DNA from: Chitinophagales bacterium
GTDB lineage: Bacteria > Bacteroidota > Bacteroidia > Chitinophagales > UBA10324
Assembly: GCA_039920305.1 (NCBI GenBank)
Contig: JBDSEA010000083.1
Span: forward strand, 1-49,109
Direction of reading: 5' to 3'
Length of the DNA: 49,109 nt
Shown: in pieces, positions 1-10,042 of the stretch
Layout of the letters: every line of letters starts with the position of its first letter
How positions within the stretch are numbered: the first letter of the stretch is position 1
Notes under the pieces: generated by a model
Databases searched by the model: none
The model's input: the letters and a program-made list of their open reading frames with translations, nothing else
Told to the model about the DNA's origin: nothing
Position numbers and translations under genes: made by a program

Positions 1-3000
1 AATGCTCTGTTCCATCATCCACAAGCTGGATCATATTTTCAGTTTGCAGGATGCCATCAACAAGTAATGCAGGGTCATTGTTATCATCAACTAACTGTAC
101 GTTTATATGGTAATTTGTTTTATTGTACCGGTAATCAATTTCAAATGATTTCCACTCTTCCGGAACACATGGATTGATTTGCAGCGTATTTCCCTTTCGC
201 GTTAAGCCGAGAAAAGATGAAATGATGAGCTGGTACATCCAGCTTGCTGAACCTGTGTACCACGTCCATCCGCCACGACCCTCATGCGGTGATACTCCGT
301 AAACATCGGCTGCTATAACATAGGGTTCTGCTTTATATATTGCAATGTCTGCTACTGTTTTTCCATGATTAACGGGATTGATAATATTTAATAATTCCCA
401 TACTCTTGCATTGTTTTTTAATTTAGCAAATGCCATTATCATCCAAATCGCAGCATGAGAATACTGCCCCCCATTCTCTCTAACCCCGGGCACATACCAT
501 TTAATATAACCGGGTTCAAATACGGATTTATCGAAGGGCGGATCTAACAGATGAATGAGCGAATGCTTTCTGTCCACTAAATATTTATCGGCTGATTCCA
601 TTGCTTTTAAAGATCGTTCCCTCTCTCCTGCACCTGAAAGCACTGCCCAGCTCTGCGAAATAGAATCAATCTTACACTCATCGTTGGCTGCTGATCCTAA
701 AGCAGCCCCGTCATCAAAATAGGCACGCCTGTACCATTCGCCATCCCACGCTGATTTATTAATATTAATTTTTAATTCAGCCGCTTTTTGTTTGCAGACA
801 GTTACAAATTCTTCATCGTTCATATTTATTGCAATGGGTTCAAAACGCTTTAGAATATCGTAAAGAAAAAATGCAAGCCATACGCTTTCCCCCCGTCCAT
901 GTATTCCAACCATATTCATACCGTCATTCCAATCGCCTGATCCCATCAAAGGCAAACCATGTATGCCAAACTTGAGTGATTTTGAAATCGCCCTTTTGCA
1001 ATGATCGTATAACGAAGTTTTTTGCTTTGAAATTAAGGGAAGATCATAATAGGATTCTTCATTCACATTAAGCTGGCGACCTTCAATAAAAGGAACAGGA
1101 TTTTCTAATATTGCATAGTCATGAGTATTGTTAACATAACAGGAAGTTGTATATGGCAACCATAGTAAATCATCAGAACAAAGTGTACGCACTCCCCTGC
1201 CTTGCGGAGGGTGCCACCAATGCTGCACATCGCCTTTTTTAAACTGTCGTGATGCTGCAAGCAGAATTTGTTCGCGTGTTAATTCAGGATGAGCATGTAT
1301 CACCGCTATAACATCCTGCAACTGATCCCTGAATCCAAATGCTCCTCCCGATTGATAAAATCCACTGCGTCCCCAAAGCCTGCATGCTATTACCTGGTAA
1401 AGCAACCATCCGTTTGTTAAAATATTTAATGATTGATCAGGAGTTTTTATTTTTATTGAACCAAGTGTGTGTCGCCAGTATTCGCGAACTTTTTTAAGTG
1501 AATCAGTAATTGCATTCGTGTCTCTAAAACGATTGATCAATTGCTGCGCTTCCGCAACATCTCTTGCTGCGCCCATTTTAAAAATTACTTCACGCTCTTC
1601 ACCTGCTTGCAAAACAATGGGAACTTGTATTGCTGTGCAGGGATCGTATCCCGCGCCATGTTTTCCTGCCAGACGCAATCTTTTCATGGCTTCGGGTTTT
1701 CCAAGCGTTCCGTTGCGTCCTATAAATTCATTACGGTCAGTTGTGAAATCAAATTTTACATTATTCACATCTAAAAATGCAACCCTGTTTGGAAATTCAG
1801 AATTATATGGATTGCGTGTTAACAGTGTACGGTATTCAGGATTAAACTCTGTAACAATATGCATTGCCGATTTGGTACGAAGACTGCCGAGCACCCATTC
1901 CACATAGCCGGTGACGGTAAGCGTACGTGCCCGACCTGAAACATTGCGCATCTTTACTACTGTAAATTTTATTTGAGCTTTACCGTCAACGTATATCCAT
2001 ATTTCTGTTTGAATACCATCTTCTTCACATTCATAAATACTATAACCAAAACCATGACTTGTTATATATTTTGATTTTCCCTTTGCAGGGTAAGGCATCG
2101 GTGACCAATAGTGACCGGTCTCTTCATCACGTATATAAAATGCTTCACCGCAATTACCTGTAACCGGATCATTGTACCAGGGTGAAAGTCTGAATTCATG
2201 AGCATTTTCAGCCCAGGTGTATGAAGGGCCGCTTTCCGTTACAATCGTTCCGAAGTTTGCATTTGCCAGTACATTACTCCATGGTAAAGGAGTAATACTA
2301 TTTTCTTGTGTGTTGATTACATATTCATTTCCATCAGCCGAAAATCCTCCAAGCCCATTATAAAATTGTAGCTCTTCCACTTTCTCATCGGCTTCAATTT
2401 GCGCTTCATATCTTTTGCTCTTAATTAAGAAAGGTATAACGGGTGTTACATTACTTCTCCTGTTTACATTATCCGTTAAAGTTCCGTACGTATCAGAAAT
2501 AATAATCCTTGCTACAGTCTGGATTAAAATCTTATCCTCATTTGAAACCTGGTCAGCCATTCTTACAAATACTCCACCCTGTCTTTCTCTCGGATTATTT
2601 CCTAAACCTGCTGTAATAAGGCTTTGAATCTGGTCCTGAAGGTCATGACGGTAGCCGCTATAATCTTCATTGATAATAACAAGATCAGCAACCAAACCTT
2701 TAAGCTGCCAATAAGACCGCGCCTGCAATAATTGTTTTATCATAGCAAGGCTGGTGTTATCCGTAACCTGCAACAGTACAATAGGTACATCGCCCGAAAT
2801 AGAATAACTCCATAACGAAGATTGACCCTTGGTATTTTTTATAAGAATATCCTTGTTAGCTCTTAATGCGGGATTAGTAAATATAACAGAGCTTGCTAAG
2901 CGTCCATAAAGCTGCGCGTCAGATTCGGTTGCATTAATGTGCCGCAAAGCCACTTCACTGTATGTCCACGATAATTCAAACGCACGTTTCCGGAAATTAT

Positions 3001-6000
3001 GATCCTGGTATTTGTTAACGAGTGCTTGACAATCACTGCGGATTTCGGCAATGCCGGTTACTATATCAATTATTGCAGTTTCTTCTTCACCTATTGTTAT
3101 CCGGTACTGAATTGAAATGATCGGGTCAAGCACAGAGCCTTGTGAATTTGATAACGGTTCCAGTTGATGCATTGCCTTCGGATTCGCAACGCTGTTTCCC
3201 CTGCCAATAAATTTATCACGATCAGTTTCATAAGAAATATTATCAGCATCACCTTCGGCTAATTTCATTAAATGAAAAACCCACGGAGGGCTTTCATCTT
3301 TAGAGCGCGGACGCCTTGAACAAATAATGGCATGTTGATTTTGCAACAATTCTGTTTGCACAAAAAGATTGCTGAATGCAGGATGTGCATCATCCGTTAC
3401 GTGTAAAGCAATTACCACTTCACTATAACTTGTTATCTCAATTTTCCGGGACGACCTCGAATGATTTTTAATATGAACTCTTCTTATCTCTACATTATCT
3501 TCAGGTGAAACAACAATTTCAGTATGCAATTCAATCTCATTGTCTGTTCTGCGAAACTCAATACGTCCTTGTGAAAATATTGCTTCATAATGAGATGCTG
3601 CTCTTAATGTTGGCTGATGAGTTGTTGACCAGAATGCACCGGCCTGAAGGTCGCGGATGTAACAGAAAGACCCCCGGTTATCACACGTGGTATCTTCTCT
3701 CCATCTTGTAAGTGCAATATCTCTCCATCGGCTATATCCACCACCTGCATTAGTAATCATTACGTGGAAATTGCCATTAGAGAGTAATTGAATTTCAGGT
3801 TGAGGTGTGTCAGGGGAATGGATAACACGCATTTCTGTATTTGAAGAAGAATGAATGATCTCTTCCGTGTCAACTGAAATGGTATAGAATCCTGTTGCTT
3901 TTGGAACCCGTTCCTGCAATAACAAAAGTGCAGTTTGTAAATTCGGATCAGCTTCAAAACGCTTTTGCATCGGTTGATCACAGAGCAGGTAAGTGAGTGA
4001 AAGCAGGCTCATCCCCTGGTGATGCGTCATGAATGATTGAATTACGGCGGGCGCCTTTGCTCTTGGTAAACGCGAAGGAGTATAATCAATTGACTCAAAA
4101 AATCCATAACGGCCTTCATATCCCTTTGTATGTAATCTTTCCAGGTTTTTACATGCTGCAGCAGGATCAACCATCAATGCCATTACCGTGGCATAAGGTG
4201 CAATAACCAGATCAAGGCTAAGTCCCCGTTTAAAGCCTAACTCAGGAACACCGAATGCCCGGTACTGGTAGCTGAGATGTGCGTCAACCATATTGTAGCA
4301 TGATTCTGAAATGCCCCAGGGCACACCCTGTTCTTTGCCGTATTCAATTTGTTTTTTCACTGAACCCCTGGAAGTATTATCTAAAAGTGTATGCTCATAA
4401 AGCGGCATTATCAAATTAGGCATAAGGTATTCAAACATAGAACCGCTCCATGAGATCAAAACCGGTGTACTGTCAGCAACTGTAAGTCGTCTTCCGAGTG
4501 CAAACCAGCTTTCCTGCGAAATTTTCCCCTGTGCTATCGCAACAAATAAACCTAAGCGCGCTTCAGAAGCAAGTAAATCGTAAAAGCCCGCATCCCGATG
4601 ATGCTGGTCTGCATTATAACCTATAGCCAGTAGGTGTTGAGTTTTATCATACAAAAAATTGTAATGCAAATCCGCAAAGTCAAGGCATTGAGAATTTAAT
4701 TGATGAATCTCTGCAATTCGCTCCCTTGCTAAAGCGCTTACCGTTGCAATTAATTTTTCAAAATCTGAAAGCCATTGAAATTCTTCTTCAGATTTATCTA
4801 TACTGTGAAAAGAATCAAGTTCAGTTTGAATATCATTATCTATACGTGCAAGCTGCGTTAATGAAAAAACTTTTTGAAACACGCTTAAGCTTTTAAATTT
4901 TTCAGGTACCGCATTATTATTGATCCACGGCGACAACAAAAGTATTTCATTGAGCCATTCCTTTATTTGATTCTGCAGAGAAACCATCCATTCAAATACT
5001 TTTGTATTCGCTTTTACTTTTTCATTGTTGAGTAATTCATTTAACAGGGTGGAGATTCTTTCAAGACTGTTTTTTAATTCGCTTAACAGTATTGGTCGTG
5101 ATGAATTTTCAACTTCAAATGCTGAAAGAAATTCTTTAAATAATGCTTGCTCCTCCGCCGGCATATTCTTTGCAATAATTCTTATCGTATCATATAGTCC
5201 ATCCCACAAATCATCTTTAATTATTTTGCGGTTCAGCATTTCAAAAAGCCCCTGCCGCAATGTAAGTAGATGACCCGCTAAATTTCCACTGTCAACAGTT
5301 GATATATATCTTGGCTGCAGTGGCACTAACGATTGCGTGTCGTACCAGTTATAAAAATGACCTTCATATCTTTCAAGCTTACTAAGAGTTTTAAAAGTAT
5401 TAGTTGTCTTTTCAAGAAGTTGCGCTATAGTTATATATCCAAAATCAATTGCTGAAAGGTTTGCAAGCAGTGACAGACCAATGTTGGTAGGAGAAGTGCG
5501 ATGCGCAATAATTGTTATCGGATATTGCTGCAGGTTATCAATTGGCAACCAATTATCATTTTCAGTAACGTACGTTTCAAAAAAGCTCCATGTTTTTCTC
5601 GAAAGTTCTCTTAGATATTTTCTTTGGTCTTCTGTTATTTTAGTTCTTAAAACGGGGCGTGGACTGCTTATCCAATTTACAATAGCAGGAGACAATATCC
5701 ATAGGACAAGAAAGGGAGCTGCTAAAAAAATTGTGTGCGGATTATAGTTGAACAAAAGGATAATTAATGCTATGCTTAATAAAGGCGCAAACCACATAGA
5801 TTTAAGAAGTGTAAATAAATTTTCATGTTGTTTTTTAGCAAACCCCGAAGGATTCCATTCGAGAAGGTTTTTATGTGAAAAGAGGATTCTCCACACGGTT
5901 CGCGAAATAGCATCTATACTAACGTAAGATTCAAATGGTAAACAAACCAGTGTAAACAATGACTGGATAATATTAGTGGAAGTATTACGAAAAACATTTT

Positions 6001-8689
6001 TAGAATGTTGTGCAAGGGAAATCTCTTCCGGCTTTTTAATTATATCCCATGTTGAAATACTAAGTGAGGGAAGAAGCACTACACCAATGATAAATAATGT
6101 CCAGAAAAGGGGTGATTGCACCAGTGTCCAGCTTAAAATAAGAATCAATAAAAGAGCAATAGGCACCAGGCTGCGCCTCAGGTTATCAAATATTTTCCAG
6201 CGGGATAAAGCTGTAATCGAATTCTTGCGCAACTTGCCTTTTGCATCAGGAACCCATGGCAAAGACCATATACCAATTTGCCAATCGCCTCTAATCCATC
6301 GGTGACGTCTGCTGCTGTCAGTACTGTAACGGGAAGGAAACTCTTCGTATAACAATACATCACTTGCAAAACCGCAACGAACGTAACTGCCTTCTAACAA
6401 ATCATGACTCAATATCCTGTTTTCAGGAAAGCGGTTGCCCAACACTTTTTCAAAAGCATCCACATCGTATATTCCTTTACCGATAAACGATCCTTCACTG
6501 AATATATCATGGTATAAGTCAGATGTTAGCCTGGTGTATGGATCAATGCCTGAATCATTTTCGTGCATACGGGTGTAATATGACCGGGTGCTTCCCTGTA
6601 AACTGACAGCAACACGGGGTTGCACAATGCCATAGCCCTTAACGATTCTTTTCTTCTGCTCATCATATACCGGGAAATTAAGCGGATGCGACATTAAACT
6701 AACTAATTTACTGGCCGCCTCTCTCGGCAGTTGTGTGTCGGAATCAAGTGTGATTACATATTTTACAGTAGCATAAACTTTCTCCTCACCTACGATTACG
6801 GTAAAGCGATCCTTCGCACCGCCCCGTAATAGGTGATTGAGTTCACCAATTTTTCCGCGCTTGCGTTCATAGCCCATCCATATTTTGTCAACAGGATTCC
6901 ACGAACGGGGACGATGAAAAAGAAAAAATAGTTCGTGTGAATGTTTACTATATTTTTTATTCAGCTCAATAATTTTTTGTTTTATATGTGTTACTAAAAT
7001 TTCATCATCGGGTAAAACTTCTGTTGTTGCATCCTTCAGATCGGTTAAAAGAGCGAATAACAAATTGGGATCTCTGTTGGCTAAAAATCTTACTTCAAGA
7101 TCTTCAACAAGTTTGTTTGCCTGGTTTATACCTGTTATAATGGTTGGTATTGCCACCAGTGTACATGCTTCTTTTGGAATGCCCGTTGAGAAATCCATTT
7201 TAGGTAATGGTCTTGGTCCAATTCTTAACGTTGCTATCCAGTTAATAACAGCAATAGAAAAATGACTTGCAGCTAAAATGCTTAGCAATGACAAAAAAAC
7301 AAGTATGCCGTTGCTTATCTCTTCATGATATAGTTTTGAAAGCAGTAAAATGCTTACGAGAGCTGTTAACAGAACTGATTCCAAAACATAAAACTTTGAT
7401 AAATTCCTTAAAAAAAATTGTTTGAGCAGTGTTGCAAATGAATAATGGGTTTTCAATATTTTTTCGGTTACCGGTAATCCATCACCTATCAAATAATACC
7501 CTACATGCCATTGGTGTTTATCAGGGATTTTTTTTTCTACACATTCTCTTGCGAGACCTACGACAGTTTTTGCAACATCAATTTCTTTTAACTCACCATT
7601 CTTGGCAATATTCTCTACTGCATGCCTGTACTGGTCACGTGTATAAAAATCCATGTGAGCATATACTTGTTCAGCATCACTCCTCAGGATATGTTCTACA
7701 TGACTCATGGCTTCAACGAAATCACGCCAATCTGTTTTTACCGCGAAGCGTAAACTGTTAATGCTGTTGGTCATAGTAACCTGGTCGGCAGCCTGCTTTT
7801 GATTTTCGGCCAGCACCATTCCGTTTATCGTATCACCCGTTTCATTGAGATGCTGCTCCAGCCATGATACAGGCAATGTCAGGTTAAAACCTTTCCACTG
7901 CAGTTTTCGCGAATATTCAGCTATGAAAGCACTAACCATGGGCGGATCAGTCCGGGCAAGATCTGCCATTACCAAAACAAGATTTTTTGGATTTTTTTCT
8001 GCTGTTTGAATAATCCGGTCAGCCCAATGGTGCGCAAGGTTTGCATCAATTCTGTCAATTGCAATCCGTGCTGCTACGCGCCTCATGTTTTCAAGCAATG
8101 CAAGACGGAGCATAATTGGTATTGCCCACAACTCCCCTAAAGTAAGTTCACTTGTTTCCTGGTAGGTCTCAATAAAACGATTAAGTGTATGTATGTCTAA
8201 GTGCCCATCGCTATGCGATATTATTTCGATTGCAATATCATATACTCTTGGAAATCCGGCTGACGGTCCGTTTCGTTCACTGAGTTTGGGTAATCCTTTA
8301 CTGTAGCCTTTCGGCAAATGCCTTTTGGCAATCAGTATTTGTTCTTCAATCAAATAGAAATTATCGAGTAGCCATTCTCCTGCAGGGCTAACAGGATTTT
8401 TTTCCTTAACGGCTTCTTGTAAAAGATCGGTTACCCGTTTTAATACTTCTTCGTTATCAGCTAACCTCTTTAATAAAAGCTCAGGTGTTTTTTTTGTATC
8501 AAATTCATGCTTTCCTGCCAGGTCTTTGGCAAGAAATCCCATCTGCTCAATCGTTAACAAATCAGCTCTTAACGGAGGTGCATTATTTATATCGCTTCTT
8601 ATAAAAGTGGCCTTAAGAAAATACTGCCGCAGTGGTGATAACAATTCTTCAATCGTTTTTGTTGTCACCTTTATAGTACCTGTCAGCAT
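1..8689 (-). CDS. ndvB: Cyclic beta-1,2-glucan synthase (GT84 glycosyltransferase + GH94 glucan phosphorylase fusion); C-terminal end runs off the window, at least 2896 codons present
   Basis: Absent from the ORF track because no stop codon lies in the window. Manual minus-strand translation from ATG 8689-8687 gives MLTGTIKVTTKTIEELLSPLRQYF...GEWLLDNFYLIEEQ...ELWAIPIMLRLALLENMRR. The GT core reads VKYVITLDSDTQLPREAA...RHRWIRGDWQI and is followed by a multi-TM stretch. The GH94-type C-terminal part reads LMGSGDWNDGMN...VRENGGQYSHAAIW...EGRGGWTWYTGSASWMYQL and is still open at nt 2. Codons checked at 961 and 310 are in phase with 8689. The track lists no ORF in this frame, which fits one uninterrupted frame. 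Confidence 0.9.
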   Translation of the reverse strand, partial: MLTGTIKVTTKTIEELLSPLRQYFLKATFIRSDINNAPPLRADLLTIEQMGFLAKDLAGKHEFDTKKTPELLLKRLADNEEVLKRVTDLLQEAVKEKNPVSPAGEWLLDNFYLIEEQILIAKRHLPKGYSKGLPKLSERNGPSAGFPRVYDIAIEIISHSDGHLDIHTLNRFIETYQETSELTLGELWAIPIMLRLALLENMRRVAARIAIDRIDANLAHHWADRIIQTAEKNPKNLVLVMADLARTDPPMVSAFIAEYSRKLQWKGFNLTLPVSWLEQHLNETGDTINGMVLAENQKQAADQVTMTNSINSLRFAVKTDWRDFVEAMSHVEHILRSDAEQVYAHMDFYTRDQYRHAVENIAKNGELKEIDVAKTVVGLARECVEKKIPDKHQWHVGYYLIGDGLPVTEKILKTHYSFATLLKQFFLRNLSKFYVLESVLLTALVSILLLSKLYHEEISNGILVFLSLLSILAASHFSIAVINWIATLRIGPRPLPKMDFSTGIPKEACTLVAIPTIITGINQANKLVEDLEVRFLANRDPNLLFALLTDLKDATTEVLPDDEILVTHIKQKIIELNKKYSKHSHELFFLFHRPRSWNPVDKIWMGYERKRGKIGELNHLLRGGAKDRFTVIVGEEKVYATVKYVITLDSDTQLPREAASKLVSLMSHPLNFPVYDEQKKRIVKGYGIVQPRVAVSLQGSTRSYYTRMHENDSGIDPYTRLTSDLYHDIFSEGSFIGKGIYDVDAFEKVLGNRFPENRILSHDLLEGSYVRCGFASDVLLYEEFPSRYSTDSSRRHRWIRGDWQIGIWSLPWVPDAKGKLRKNSITALSRWKIFDNLRRSLVPIALLLILILSWTLVQSPLFWTLFIIGVVLLPSLSISTWDIIKKPEEISLAQHSKNVFRNTSTNIIQSLFTLVCLPFESYVSIDAISRTVWRILFSHKNLLEWNPSGFAKKQHENLFTLLKSMWFAPLLSIALIILLFNYNPHTIFLAAPFLVLWILSPAIVNWISSPRPVLRTKITEDQRKYLRELSRKTWSFFETYVTENDNWLPIDNLQQYPITIIAHRTSPTNIGLSLLANLSAIDFGYITIAQLLEKTTNTFKTLSKLERYEGHFYNWYDTQSLVPLQPRYISTVDSGNLAGHLLTLRQGLFEMLNRKIIKDDLWDGLYDTIRIIAKNMPAEEQALFKEFLSAFEVENSSRPILLSELKNSLERISTLLNELLNNEKVKANTKVFEWMVSLQNQIKEWLNEILLLSPWINNNAVPEKFKSLSVFQKVFSLTQLARIDNDIQTELDSFHSIDKSEEEFQWLSDFEKLIATVSALARERIAEIHQLNSQCLDFADLHYNFLYDKTQHLLAIGYNADQHHRDAGFYDLLASEARLGLFVAIAQGKISQESWFALGRRLTVADSTPVLISWSGSMFEYLMPNLIMPLYEHTLLDNTSRGSVKKQIEYGKEQGVPWGISESCYNMVDAHLSYQYRAFGVPELGFKRGLSLDLVIAPYATVMALMVDPAAACKNLERLHTKGYEGRYGFFESIDYTPSRLPRAKAPAVIQSFMTHHQGMSLLSLTYLLCDQPMQKRFEADPNLQTALLLLQERVPKATGFYTISVDTEEIIHSSSNTEMRVIHSPDTPQPEIQLLSNGNFHVMITNAGGGYSRWRDIALTRWREDTTCDNRGSFCYIRDLQAGAFWSTTHQPTLRAASHYEAIFSQGRIEFRRTDNEIELHTEIVVSPEDNVEIRRVHIKNHSRSSRKIEITSYSEVVIALHVTDDAHPAFSNLFVQTELLQNQHAIICSRRPRSKDESPPWVFHLMKLAEGDADNISYETDRDKFIGRGNSVANPKAMHQLEPLSNSQGSVLDPIISIQYRITIGEEETAIIDIVTGIAEIRSDCQALVNKYQDHNFRKRAFELSWTYSEVALRHINATESDAQLYGRLASSVIFTNPALRANKDILIKNTKGQSSLWSYSISGDVPIVLLQVTDNTSLAMIKQLLQARSYWQLKGLVADLVIINEDYSGYRHDLQDQIQSLITAGLGNNPRERQGGVFVRMADQVSNEDKILIQTVARIIISDTYGTLTDNVNRRSNVTPVIPFLIKSKRYEAQIEADEKVEELQFYNGLGGFSADGNEYVINTQENSITPLPWSNVLANANFGTIVTESGPSYTWAENAHEFRLSPWYNDPVTGNCGEAFYIRDEETGHYWSPMPYPAKGKSKYITSHGFGYSIYECEEDGIQTEIWIYVDGKAQIKFTVVKMRNVSGRARTLTVTGYVEWVLGSLRTKSAMHIVTEFNPEYRTLLTRNPYNSEFPNRVAFLDVNNVKFDFTTDRNEFIGRNGTLGKPEAMKRLRLAGKHGAGYDPCTAIQVPIVLQAGEEREVIFKMGAARDVAEAQQLINRFRDTNAITDSLKKVREYWRHTLGSIKIKTPDQSLNILTNGWLLYQVIACRLWGRSGFYQSGGAFGFRDQLQDVIAVIHAHPELTREQILLAASRQFKKGDVQHWWHPPQGRGVRTLCSDDLLWLPYTTSCYVNNTHDYAILENPVPFIEGRQLNVNEESYYDLPLISKQKTSLYDHCKRAISKSLKFGIHGLPLMGSGDWNDGMNMVGIHGRGESVWLAFFLYDILKRFEPIAINMNDEEFVTVCKQKAAELKININKSAWDGEWYRRAYFDDGAALGSAANDECKIDSISQSWAVLSGAGERERSLKAMESADKYLVDRKHSLIHLLDPPFDKSVFEPGYIKWYVPGVRENGGQYSHAAIWMIMAFAKLKNNARVWELLNIINPVNHGKTVADIAIYKAEPYVIAADVYGVSPHEGRGGWTWYTGSASWMYQLIISSFLGLTRKGNTLQINPCVPEEWKSFEIDYRYNKTNYHINVQLVDDNNDPALLVDGILQTENMIQLVDDGTEH

Positions 8690-8769
8690 TTAAATTTTGT
8701 ATTGAAAAGATAACCCTTCAAGGGCAATAATATAAAATCACACTCTTTTCAGGTAGGAATTATTAAGAC

Positions 8770-9070
8770 ATGATAACAATTCATGCGGTGTTAATGGTTT
8801 TTCAAGTATGCGAAATGCCGAAGAAGATGTTTTTGGAACGTTAAGCCCGCTCAGCAGATATAATTTCGTCTGTTGATAGTTATGTTAAATATACGATGTA
8901 TATCCGAGCGCAAGTTTCCTGGAAGACAACCGGGTTGTTTTTAATATCAAAGGAATAAATACCGACTAATAGTAAGAATAAACTATGACTATCAAATGAT
9001 TTGGATTCGTTTTGTTGGGACTCATGCCCAATATTATAAAGTTGACACTTCAAAAATTCAGAACTTATGA
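8770..9070 (+). pseudogene. higB: HigB-type (YgjN/RelE-fold) toxin remnant, multiply disrupted
   Basis: The frame ending at TGA 9068-9070 reads NKYRLIVRINYDYQMIWIRFVGTHAQYYKVDTSKIQNL. An adjacent frame reads IYDVYPSASFLEDNRVVFNIKG. Together they match the HigB_toxin signature (VFNIxGNxYRLi....IRfvGTHxEYD). The two parts are offset by a 1-nt deletion at about 8954. In-frame TGA 8874, TAG 8877 and TAA 8886 lie upstream. The ATG at 8770 is in yet another frame. The stop overlaps the higA ATG in an ATGA junction (9067-9070). Confidence 0.6.
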
Positions 9071-9427
9071 CAATAAAACCAATTAAAACAAAAAAGGACT
9101 ATCAAAACGCCATAGAAAGACTTGAGTTTATATTCGATTCAAAAAAAGGTTCGACTGAGGGTGACGAGCTCGAAATATTAGGAATTCTAATCGAAAAATA
9201 TGAGGACGAGCACTTCCCGATTGGATTTCCTGATCCTATAGAAACAAAAAGATTCTGTATGGAGCAAATAGGCTATTAGTCAAACCGACCTGTCAAATGT
9301 TGCAGGCCTGAAAAGCCGGACAAGCGAAATACTTAATAAGAAAAGAAAACTGACATTGGAAATGATAAGACAGTTGTACGACCGTTTGAAAATTCCAATA
9401 GAAGTGCTAATTCAAGCATATAAATAG
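9067..9427 (+). pseudogene. higA: HigA-type HTH antitoxin, frameshifted
   Basis: Track ORF 9067..9279 (MTIKPIKTKKDYQNAIERLEFIFD...ILIEKYEDEHFPIGFPDPIETKRFCMEQIGY*) is the N-terminal half of a HigA-like antitoxin. The HTH half continues in the +1 frame from about 9272 to TAG 9425-9427: SQTDLSNVAGLKSRTSEILNKKRKLTLEMIRQLYDRLKIPIEVLIQAYK. The frame break lies between 9270 and 9279. Confidence 0.75.
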
Positions 9428-9573
9428 ACTTTGCCCGGCAATTACCGGAATCATGGTTTGAATTATGTAAGCGTTTGTAAATTCTGCACGGATTCCGGGT
9501 AAATAGGGATGGGAGCCATACTCACGTTCCCAATATTAAATGTGCGGAAACCGAACTTCATTCATAACCAGCC

Positions 9574-9602
9574 AAAAAAAAGCCCCCTCACAGGAAGGAG
9601 GC
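9574..9602 (-). terminator. Rho-independent terminator downstream of trxA
   Basis: Minus strand reads GCCTCC-ttcctgtga-GGGGGC followed by TTTTTTTT. The element begins 22 nt after the trxA stop. Confidence 0.7.
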
Positions 9603-9623
9603 AAGAATTCATTAAGGAAGATA

Positions 9624-9950
9624 TCAGGACAGCTGCGCTTTCAGCTTACCCTCAAGCACCGATTTTGGCACTACACCTACCTGCTTGTCTACTACCTTCC
9701 CGTTCTTAAATATCAGTAAGGTAGGAATGCTCCGGATACCGAACTGAATGGCAGTTTCAGGATTTTCATCCACATTCACTTTACCAATTACAGCTTTTCC
9801 CTCGTATTCTTTGGATAGCTCTTCCACTACCGGTCCGATCATGCGGCAGGGTCCGCACCATTCAGCCCAGAAGTCGAGTAATACGGGTTTATCCTTATCG
9901 GCGCTCAGCACAGATTCTTTGAAGTTGCTATCAGTGATTTGTATTGCCAT
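9624..9950 (-). CDS. trxA: Thioredoxin
   Basis: 108 aa with the canonical WCGPC active site ([13 protein letters not shown]) and typical length and C-terminus. Confidence 0.95.
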   Translation of the reverse strand: MAIQITDSNFKESVLSADKDKPVLLDFWAEWCGPCRMIGPVVEELSKEYEGKAVIGKVNVDENPETAIQFGIRSIPTLLIFKNGKVVDKQVGVVPKSVLEGKLKAQLS

Positions 9951-10042
9951 AAATTTTATTTTAGGTTGTTTAGAAAATTGATGAACAAAGCCTGCTACTA
10001 AAAGTTCATAACGGTGCTATTACTAATTAATTGCCGTGATAC

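Noticed and set aside
1467-7761. About a dozen short ORFs (62-146 aa) listed by the track on both strands within the first 8.7 kb
   Set aside because: All lie in frames other than the long minus-strand glucan synthase frame (codon starts at positions equal to 1 mod 3). They have odd composition and no motifs, so they are shadow ORFs inside a real 2896+ codon gene.
1-8689. Idea that the apparently empty 8.7 kb is non-coding, a pseudogene or uses an alternative genetic code
   Set aside because: Manual translation shows a continuous standard-code frame with conserved GT84/GH94 motifs. It is missing from the track only because its stop codon lies outside the window.
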